Virus record (IMG/VR): IMGVR_UViG_3300026189_000008
Coordinates: 1 to 50,079 of that record
DNA: 50,079 nt
Reading direction: 5' to 3' (one strand)
From: a virus
Lineage: Duplodnaviria; Caudoviricetes
In this document: piece by piece, positions 9,073-17,300 of the stretch
Layout: each line of letters starts with the position of its first letter
Numbering within the stretch: position 1 is the stretch's first letter
Translations under genes and position numbers: made by a program
Notes under the pieces: generated by a model
Told to the model about the DNA's origin: nothing
Database searches by the model: none
The model's input: the letters and a program-made list of their open reading frames with translations, nothing else

Positions 9073-9345
9073 ATGAAGACCTCTATAAATAAAAGAAGCT
9101 GGCTAAAGATTTTAGTAAAGCAGAGAAGGCTAAAGCCTCATGAAAGAATAGCAAACAGGCTGGGATATATGGGAACTGGATTTATGATGACAGCTCCGCA
9201 TTTATTACCAGATACTATCGGAATAATAATATATATTATTGCCGGATTAATATCAATACCGCAAGTATTTGTTGCAAAACAATGGAACTTAGTAGCGGTT
9301 AATTTAAACGTAGCAATTGCCTACACAATATTATACTTTACATAA
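9073..9345 (+). CDS. Small membrane protein with 2-3 hydrophobic segments
   Basis: Basic N-terminus followed by hydrophobic stretches; TAATG coupling to nrdA; ATG 9073 preferred, 9040 possible. Confidence 0.65.
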   Translation: MKTSINKRSWLKILVKQRRLKPHERIANRLGYMGTGFMMTAPHLLPDTIGIIIYIIAGLISIPQVFVAKQWNLVAVNLNVAIAYTILYFT

Positions 9346-11060
9346 TGTGGAATAAAGAATGGAAAAAAGGAATTGATTACCCAGCTTGGGGTGATACAGA
9401 TGTATATAAGAAAACAATAGCTGGTGGTTATTTGTTTGGTGGTGAATCACCTAGAGATGCTTATATGCGTGTTGCTTCAACTGTGGCTAAAAGGTTATAT
9501 AAACCTGAGCTAACTGAAACGTTTTTTGAATATATATGGAACGGTTGGTTATGCTTGGCATCCCCTGTTTTATCAAATACAGGATTAGATAGAGGCTTGC
9601 CAATAAGTTGTTTCGGTATTGATGTTGCTGATAGCATACAAGATATTGGACAAAAGAATTTAGAAATGATGCTGTTAGCAAAACACGGTGGCGGGGTTGG
9701 TATCGGTGTTAATATGATTCGTCCCGCCGGAGCTAAAATAACAGGTAATGGAACATCAGACGGAGTCGTCCCATTCTGCAAGATTTATGATTCAACAATA
9801 CTTGCTACTAATCAAGGATCAGTTAGACGAGGAGCTGCATCAGTCAATATCCACATTGAACACGATGATTTTGAAGAATGGCTTGAAATCAGAGAACCTA
9901 AGGGAGATGTTAACAGACAATCGCTTAACCTACATCAATGCGCAGTTGTTGGTGATAAGTTTATGCGAAAACTTGAACAAGGAGATAAAGAGTCGAGGGC
10001 TCGATGGAGTAAACTTATTAGAAAACGAAAAAGCACTGGAGAGCCGTATGTCTTATTTAAAGGAAATACTAACAAAGCAAATCCAGACGCATATAAAGAT
10101 AACGCACTAAAAGTGCATATGACAAACATATGTAGCGAGATAACATTACACACTGATGAAAGTCACAGTTTTGTATGTTGTCTTTCATCATTAAATTTAA
10201 CAAAATATGAAGAGTGGAAAAATACAAATATTATATATGACGCTATCTGGTTTCTGGATGGTGTACTTGAAGAATTTATACAAAAAGCTAAGTATAGAAA
10301 AGGTTTCGAAAACTCTGTACGAAGCGCAGAAAAAGGTCGCGCACTTGGCTTGGGAGTCTTGGGTTGGCATACGTACCTTCAACAAAACGGCTATGCGTTT
10401 GAGGGTTTACCAGCACAATTCCAAACTAGACGTATTTTTAGCCAGATTAAAATCGAATCTGAAAGAGCTAGTAGGGCGTTGGCTGAAGTTTACGGTGAAC
10501 CTTTGTGGTGCCGTGGTACGGGGTTCCGTAATACTCATCTTAGAGCTATTGCTCCTACTGTTAGTAATAGTAAGCTTGCCGGTAACGTTAGCCCTGGTAT
10601 TGAGCCTTGGGCTGCTAATGTTTTTACTGAACAGACTGCTAAGGGTACCTTTATTCGGAAAAATCCAACGTTGGTTAAAGTCTTAAGAAAGTATAAACTA
10701 AACAATGAAAATATATGGTCGCAAATTTTAAAAGACGGTGGATCGATACAGGGTATAAAAGAATTAGACGGTATCGAAATCAACGATACACCTGTCAAAG
10801 AAATTTTCAAAACATTCAAAGAAATTAATCAGCTAGAATTAGTTAGGCAGGCAGGTATAAGACAACAATACATAGATCAGTCTGTTAGTCTAAATTTAGC
10901 TTTCCCTTCGGAAGCAACGCCTAAATGGATTAATAAAGTTCATATGGAAGCATGGAAGCAAGGAATAAAAACTTTATATTATATGCGGACAGAGAGTGTC
11001 CTGCGTGGAGATATTGCAGAGAGAGCAATGAGTGAAGATTGCTTAGCCTGTGATGGTTAG
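9345..11060 (+). CDS. nrdA: Ribonucleotide reductase class Ia alpha subunit, no ATP cone
   Basis: ASPVLSN, ISCF, TNICSEI, AIAPT, KTLYY and C-terminal CLAC. Confidence 0.95.
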   Translation: MWNKEWKKGIDYPAWGDTDVYKKTIAGGYLFGGESPRDAYMRVASTVAKRLYKPELTETFFEYIWNGWLCLASPVLSNTGLDRGLPISCFGIDVADSIQDIGQKNLEMMLLAKHGGGVGIGVNMIRPAGAKITGNGTSDGVVPFCKIYDSTILATNQGSVRRGAASVNIHIEHDDFEEWLEIREPKGDVNRQSLNLHQCAVVGDKFMRKLEQGDKESRARWSKLIRKRKSTGEPYVLFKGNTNKANPDAYKDNALKVHMTNICSEITLHTDESHSFVCCLSSLNLTKYEEWKNTNIIYDAIWFLDGVLEEFIQKAKYRKGFENSVRSAEKGRALGLGVLGWHTYLQQNGYAFEGLPAQFQTRRIFSQIKIESERASRALAEVYGEPLWCRGTGFRNTHLRAIAPTVSNSKLAGNVSPGIEPWAANVFTEQTAKGTFIRKNPTLVKVLRKYKLNNENIWSQILKDGGSIQGIKELDGIEINDTPVKEIFKTFKEINQLELVRQAGIRQQYIDQSVSLNLAFPSEATPKWINKVHMEAWKQGIKTLYYMRTESVLRGDIAERAMSEDCLACDG

Positions 11061-11078
11061 TTAGTTTGTTGTGTTGTT

Positions 11079-11111
11079 AAAAGGGGCATCAGCAATGGTG
11101 CCTCTTTTTTT
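11079..11111. terminator. Intrinsic terminator at the convergence of the two arms, likely bidirectional
   Basis: AAAAGGGGCATCA-GCAA-TGGTGCCTCTTTTTTT: GNRA-capped stem with T tract on + and A tract upstream. Confidence 0.82.
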
Positions 11112-11145
11112 ATTTACAAATACAGTTTGGACAGAATGGACACAT
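11110..11145 (-). CDS. Putative 11-aa Cys-rich micropeptide MCPFCPNCICK
   Basis: ATG 2 nt after the thioredoxin-like TAG; TAA abuts the terminator. Confidence 0.5.
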   Translation of the reverse strand: MCPFCPNCICK

Positions 11146-11147
11146 AT

Positions 11148-11555
11148 CTAAAAGTTTGAGGCTGCGTTAATTTCGTGTATAGCATTTTGTATTTCCTCTA
11201 AATCAGTTGGGAGCAGCAAATCCAACCCGGCTTTAAATGCTTGTTCAACGACGCCATTTTTAAATATCAATATAGTCGGCGCCATGCGTACCCTATATTC
11301 TTTTTTAGTTATGGGAGTTTCAGCAATATCTACTCTATAGTATTTTGCTTCTTCTAGTTTATCCCATTCAGCGAAACAATTCTCTTCATTAAATTTCGCC
11401 CAAAATTCTATTACAATGGTGCTTTCATTATCATCACCAAAAGCACCGCTTGATATTGCTTGTTCAAAATTACTATCGTCAAGCCAATATTCTTCTGGAA
11501 CTTCAACTTGTGAAAATGATATAAATGGTATTAAAATTAAAATTAAGTATTTCAT
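11148..11555 (-). CDS. Exported thioredoxin-fold protein lacking CxxC
   Basis: Signal peptide MKYLILILIPFISFS|Q; IVIEFWAKFN at the usual WCxxC position; YRVRMAPTILIFKNG cis-Pro motif. Confidence 0.78.
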   Translation of the reverse strand: MKYLILILIPFISFSQVEVPEEYWLDDSNFEQAISSGAFGDDNESTIVIEFWAKFNEENCFAEWDKLEEAKYYRVDIAETPITKKEYRVRMAPTILIFKNGVVEQAFKAGLDLLLPTDLEEIQNAIHEINAASNF

Positions 11556-11875
11556 TATCTTTGTTTTTGTAGATCATATAGCCTTTCATCTATTTTGTCT
11601 AATTGTTCTTTTATCGCTTCTACATCATCTTGAGTATCCATAATTGTTTGACGAATTAATTCATCTTTTAAATCATACTCAACCCTATCAATAACAGGTT
11701 TTGGCAATTCTTTAGCGAGAGCTATGTCTTGCTTTAATGTAAACCAGACACCAGCTAATGATATTATTGCAAATACAATTGCGCCTATTGTTTTTAATGA
11801 TATTTTTACGTCTGCTTTACCATCACCGTCGAGATCTAATCCCATCGATGTGTTCTCGTCTAGTTGCTTTGCCAT
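11555..11875 (-). CDS. Single-TM protein with C-terminal coiled coil
   Basis: TM segment IGAIVFAIISLAGVWF, heptad tail VEAIKEQLDKIDERLYDL, N-terminal DLDGDGKAD. Confidence 0.7.
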   Translation of the reverse strand: MAKQLDENTSMGLDLDGDGKADVKISLKTIGAIVFAIISLAGVWFTLKQDIALAKELPKPVIDRVEYDLKDELIRQTIMDTQDDVEAIKEQLDKIDERLYDLQKQR

Positions 11876-13086
11876 TATTTAAATGTGTAATTTATTCCAA
11901 AGGTTGAGTTGTAAAACTTCGTGTCCCACATTTTATTATACTCCCCTTCTATGAATACTCCTAAATTTTTTCCTATCTTCCAACCAAAGTTTATACCAAA
12001 CTGGTAATCTTCCCATTGCTCAGGTTGAGCATCTTGAATTAAACCACCTTTACCCCAATTGTTTCTATTTAAATAACTAAAATCTAAATCACCAGCAATA
12101 TATTTATGGTAGCCTGGTAGCCAATTAGCATAAGCATGCAGCCAAAAATTATTTTTATAATGGTAAAAGTCAGCTCCTATAATAGGTGACATAACACCAA
12201 ATGTACCGATTAAATCCCATTGTTCATTATTATATCGATTAATCAAATCTCTAAAGACTGTATTACGAAATTGTAAATCACTATAAGCAACTAAGTTATT
12301 GTTAGGATCGTACCAATACCAATCATACTGTTCTGAGGTTGTGCCGTCAGGGTTATAAATCGTAGCGTTGTAAAGTACATCGTAAAACCCATATTCGTAT
12401 CCGAGTGAATACCAAGGGTTTGCAGGATACTCTTCACCCATATCATCTATCTCGGTTTCATTCAACCAAATTTCAATAGGATTATATCCGTAAGCTCTAT
12501 TATGTGTTCGGTATATTAGACCGGCTGATACACTAAACTTTTTACCAATAGGTATTCTTGCTCTAGCTTCAGCAGATTTATAAGAAAAGTTAAATGCACC
12601 TTGCTCTCTTGATTCAACTTTAAGTATATGATGTTTACCTGTATGTCTTAAAAAATATCTATAGTTTTCAAACTCTTCTCCTCTTAATCTTTCTTTTTCA
12701 AAATGAAATAAATATTCAAATCCATCTACAGCGGACGTTGGTGCTGATAAAGCTTGTGTGCTTTCCCTTAATTGATTACCCGTCCAAAAGTTTCCTGGCT
12801 TTCTTTCATATCCAAATCTTCCAAGTTTACGTATACCAACTCCATATCTATAATCAAAATCAAAATATTCAGTAACTTCAATAACACGAGGAACATCATA
12901 TATGTTTCCATCTACTGGACGTTCTACAAAATAATCTTTACGAGAATTTTCGTAAGCGTTTCTAATATCGCCGGCTGCGTATACGGTTCCATATTTTAAA
13001 AAGTCGTCATATACTTTCTTAAAAAAAGATTGTGCATTTATATTCAGACTGAATAAGAATAGTAAAGCTACTATTAAGTTTTTCAT
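11875..13086 (-). CDS. Putative outer-membrane beta-barrel protein
   Basis: Signal peptide ending NINA|Q, aromatic-rich alternating strands, C-terminal STFGINYTFK resembling a beta-signal. Confidence 0.62.
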   Translation of the reverse strand: MKNLIVALLFLFSLNINAQSFFKKVYDDFLKYGTVYAAGDIRNAYENSRKDYFVERPVDGNIYDVPRVIEVTEYFDFDYRYGVGIRKLGRFGYERKPGNFWTGNQLRESTQALSAPTSAVDGFEYLFHFEKERLRGEEFENYRYFLRHTGKHHILKVESREQGAFNFSYKSAEARARIPIGKKFSVSAGLIYRTHNRAYGYNPIEIWLNETEIDDMGEEYPANPWYSLGYEYGFYDVLYNATIYNPDGTTSEQYDWYWYDPNNNLVAYSDLQFRNTVFRDLINRYNNEQWDLIGTFGVMSPIIGADFYHYKNNFWLHAYANWLPGYHKYIAGDLDFSYLNRNNWGKGGLIQDAQPEQWEDYQFGINFGWKIGKNLGVFIEGEYNKMWDTKFYNSTFGINYTFK

Positions 13087-13547
13087 ATTACCATGTATTT
13101 TGTTTTGTTATTACTATCTTTATATGCTTTAAGACAACGTTGTCTATTACTGTCTTCGGATACATAACTTACGTGTATCCAATTAGGATTTTCATCTGTA
13201 CCAAATTCCCATATTAGCTGATCAAAATCTAAATTTTGTTTTATATAATTAAACATTTCAGCGTTTGTTTTGTGACCGTATGTGTCGTCCAGATCCATTG
13301 CTCTCCCCTCCATATGTTGTGATCGTTTAGATCCACCGATTGCTTTATTTAGTTTTGGTCCACGATAAAATGAATTTATACGGATAGGACCGCCAACCCA
13401 TTCTCTTAATGGTTCAAATATGCGCTCAGCTATTATTTCCATATGTACCAGTTCATAACCACCTGGTTTATTTTCAATACCTAATCTAGCAGCGGTTGTA
13501 CTTCTTACCGCTTCCTTATAAGATATATGGTCACTTATTTTATCCAT
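13083..13547 (-). CDS. Peptidase M15 family endolysin
   Basis: SFYR...LNKAIGG...SQHMEGRAMD...WIHVSY Zn-peptidase motifs. Confidence 0.88.
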   Translation of the reverse strand: MDKISDHISYKEAVRSTTAARLGIENKPGGYELVHMEIIAERIFEPLREWVGGPIRINSFYRGPKLNKAIGGSKRSQHMEGRAMDLDDTYGHKTNAEMFNYIKQNLDFDQLIWEFGTDENPNWIHVSYVSEDSNRQRCLKAYKDSNNKTKYMVI

Positions 13548-13554
13548 GATTTAA

Positions 13555-13824
13555 TTACTTTTTCTTTTTATATCTGCTAACTCTGCCTTTGGTATTTTTT
13601 TCTTTTTGCCCTCTTGCTTTTTCTGCAGGTGTTAATTCACTCCAGGTTGCAGCTGTTTTAGAGTTAACTTTTTTAGTCGGCCTAAAGGTATTTTCGCCTT
13701 TGGTATAATCTTTGTTGCCTCGTGGTGTTCTCCAGTCTTCTTGAAACCATCTTTTAAGTGCCAAGCCTTCTTTGCTTTTACGAACTTTTTTAAATGGTGA
13801 ATTTGGCCTTAGTCTATTTATCAT
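13555..13824 (-). CDS. Small basic protein
   Basis: ATG 13824 is 1 nt after the upstream stop; MINRLRPNSPFKK...LKRWFQEDW. Confidence 0.7.
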   Translation of the reverse strand: MINRLRPNSPFKKVRKSKEGLALKRWFQEDWRTPRGNKDYTKGENTFRPTKKVNSKTAATWSELTPAEKARGQKEKNTKGRVSRYKKKK

Positions 13825-13825
13825 T

Positions 13826-14398
13826 TTATTTTGATTTATTTCCCCAGTTAGCAGCACCAACTTTTCTACACTTAGCTAACGCTCCACTTGCATAAGCTGA
13901 TGGCCATTTTGTATATCTAGATTTTACTTTAGTATAACAAGCATCTTTTCTTTTAGCTGGACTTTCTACAGCTTGGTATTTTACATTTTTTCTTTCTTTA
14001 GTTCCTGGATAATTTTTTTTCATAAAATCGTAATTAGCCTGAACCTTTTTACCAGCCTTTCTTTTAGGTGCAATAACACGAGCAGCATAAGCACTATCTC
14101 TAGCGGTAGGTGTTCTACCTAGTTTAGCACCATCTAATTCTATCTCAGCATCTTTTTTATTATATTTAAAAACACGCTCTTTAGCCGGAGATTTCATTTC
14201 TGCGATATGTTTTCGTACAGCTTTAGCTTGTTGACCATGAGCTTTAACAGCACCTTCAAGTTGTTCTGCAACTTTTTCTAAATTTTTATTAGGTGATTTA
14301 AATGCTCCACCGCTGCCGTCTGCGTTCATAGATATATCCATATTATCTTTGAACGTGAATTTAGTTTTCGCCTTCTGCGTTATTGGTACATGTTTCAT
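13826..14398 (-). CDS. Basic modular protein with three SPxK motifs
   Basis: KSPNK, KSPAK and ESPAK separate distinct segments; C-terminal KDACY...WPSAYASGALAKCRK. Confidence 0.75.
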   Translation of the reverse strand: MKHVPITQKAKTKFTFKDNMDISMNADGSGGAFKSPNKNLEKVAEQLEGAVKAHGQQAKAVRKHIAEMKSPAKERVFKYNKKDAEIELDGAKLGRTPTARDSAYAARVIAPKRKAGKKVQANYDFMKKNYPGTKERKNVKYQAVESPAKRKDACYTKVKSRYTKWPSAYASGALAKCRKVGAANWGNKSK

Positions 14399-14399
14399 A

Positions 14400-17300
14400 T
14401 TAATAATTTTGTTCTATGTATTGTATTTTTTCCTTTATTGTTTTGCCTTTTTTCCACTTCATATAGTCACCGTACACGTTACCTGGTATTCTTTTTTCTA
14501 AAGCTTTTAATTTATCAGCATTATCTTTTCTAGTTTTCTTTGCTTTTTCTTTACCAGCTTCTTTTCTTTCCGCTTTAGCAGTTGTCTTTATTAACTCGTG
14601 TTCTTCGTTCTTAGCATTTACATCCCACGTTCTCCACCCTAAAGCTAAAGCTATTCTTTGGTATATTGTATTTCTAGCGTCTAAAGCTTCGGTTATACCT
14701 TGTGTTTCTGCAACAGCTCGATCTAATGGTATATTAAATGCCGCTGACGCTATATTACCAATAACCTGATATTTCGGACTTAAGTTTAATCTACCGTCTC
14801 TAGTAACTTCGTACCCTCTTTCTGCTATAACATCTTTATCAAACTTTTCAGTTTGTATTGCGCCATATATTTTTCTAAGCTTAGACCCTATTGGTGGTGA
14901 TACATTCGCTACTTCTAATACAGTGTAAGTATGATCAGCCATATATCCTTTCTTTTCTTGTCTGTAATATTGGTTCAATGTATTTTTTATTGTTGATACT
15001 ACAGCCCCTGTTAATCCAGAACCTCTAAGAATAGTATCTATCATTCCATTTATTACTCTTTCTTGTTTAGTTTGTATAAGCTTTTCGTATTTTTCTTCAT
15101 CATCTTCAGGATCAAATTCTGGTAACAATGCGAATAACGCTTGCTGTAATGTTGTAAATATTAAGTTTTGTACAAATCCATAATACATTATCTTACTTAT
15201 ATTTGTTTTTCTATCCCCACGGCCATTTATAAGATCCTGACCAGCTTTTTTCATTAATCTGGTATATTGCATAGGCGTGTTCTGAAAAGCCAATATAAGA
15301 CGTCCTAAATGGCTCGACTGTTGTGCGGATATTAACATAGGATCACCTGACTGCTGTGTCTCATCTGACACTTTTGCAAAGTCTTCAAATGCTTTTGCCT
15401 CGGCCTCAGCTTTTGACATACCTTGTTTTGTATATGTCTTTGTTCTATTAATTAAAAATGTTGCACCCCCGGTCGCAATTGCAAAGCTATCGGCTAATTG
15501 TGTAGGTGTAAAACCTATTTTCAACAAGTATGCAATTACCGCGCCAGCTTTATCTTTGCTGTTTCTTGCAGCGTTAGCAATTTCTTGTTCTTGTATATCG
15601 GATTTTAAACCACCACGTCGTTGTTTTAATTTATCAGAGTTAAATATTTTAGCCCATGTTTTCCAATATAATGGTTGATTAGCAAAAGCTAATCCAGCGG
15701 CCATAGGATTGTTATCTGACCAGTTAATAAAGTTAGTAAATGAAATCATCTGTAACAAAGCTGAACGTCTGTTAAAGAACATTATAGTACCTACAGAGTT
15801 ATTAACCCAGTTCAACCATTGTTGTTCATATCTACCCGGTTGCGCTGGCCTGTTAATGCCAGACTTCATTCTGCCTATTATATTTTTTAAAGCATCAACA
15901 TAACGTGTGCCATATACAGCCTCTAATTTATTTAAGTTTTGTTCACTAAATATTATATCAACATTTTCGTTAAACTCGGCTAAGTATTCTTTTCTATTAA
16001 CTTTTTCTGATAACTCGTTTAAATCTTTTAATATACTACCAACATCCCAATGTTGCGACGGTTCTACCCATGCTTCTTTTTTAGATATTAATTGTAGCGC
16101 GTTAGCAAACAATTGCAAATCAGAATCACTTTGTATTGTATTTACTAATTTTTTTAAATCTCTTTTAGATATACCGGGAACGTCAAATCCAGATTTAGTA
16201 TACAAATAAACTCTTACAGCTTCATCGTATGTGTATTCAGTTCCTGGCACTTTCTTATTAAGCTTTTTCTTTATAGGTTTATTTTGTTTTAATAAATTTC
16301 TATAGTCATTTTTCAAAGCTTGTCTTGCCATTTCCATAGCTGCTACACCTTGTGTATATGGTGTAACTAAGTTATCTTCAAAGAACTGCTGATCTGCTTC
16401 TCCTTGCTTACCTTTACCCGCTAATGTATAAGATGTTAGTCCTCTAAAGTCTTCAGCACCATGTGGTATAAAGAATTTAAACCTACCTTTTTGTGCTCCT
16501 CTTCTTCTAGCTACAGTTTTAGAAAATACAGCTTCAGCTTTTACACCTTTGCTTCTTTCAACCATTTTATTAAGTTGTTCACTTAAATCGCCTGCGCTAC
16601 GCTTTTTGGCTTGTTGTACTTTGCTGTTAACGTCAAATTTATTTAATACTTCTTGAACAGCTTTTACATTTTTAATAGCATCATCAACAAAATAAAAATC
16701 ATTAAACCCTTGAGCCACTTTATTTACCATCCAATTTGCTTTTGCAGATGGCGCGCCGTTTTCAAGCCCAACAATATTTCTTAATGGTATTTCAACACCC
16801 AACTCTTTTAAAAATCTATAGATTGATTTAGCAGAAGCCTGAGGCCTTGCTGTTAATACATACATATTTTCATTTCCAAACTTACCAATTGCTTTTCTAA
16901 GTCTAGGCACAAGTGGACCAGGTGTTCCTTTAACAACTTTATTAAATTCACTAAAATCAAATTTAGCCCCACGTTGTGCTAATGTTTCACCTTCAACTGC
17001 AAACTGTGCAGGTGTAATTTTTCTTGTTGTACCAGGTATACTTTGTAAAACTTGTTTTTGCTGTGCTTCATTTAAGTTATTAAATCTTTTTTGAAAGTTC
17101 TGCACATTTTTAAAAGCAGTATCGCCAAACATTCGTCTAGCAGCAATATCAAGTATTTCAGGGTCGACGGGCATTGTAACTATAATTTGACTCTGACTAA
17201 ACGCTAAAGTATCATCAAAATCATATACACTTATACCTTTACCTGTAGATCTTTTAGCACCCTCAACACTAGCTTGCACACTTATATTAATATTAACCAG

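Noticed and set aside
8859-9092. Frameshift giving NrdB an alternative acidic tail (KITEEDIYEDLYK)
   Set aside because: It would need a +1 shift, the GGGGAAAAC run is not phased as a canonical slippery heptamer, and NrdB already ends normally in FEDIW
3422-10819. Alternative-frame and antisense ORFs inside the primase-helicase, thyA and nrd genes (e.g. 10207-10686)
   Set aside because: Fully nested in conserved enzymes with no recognisable features; most simply by-products of codon usage
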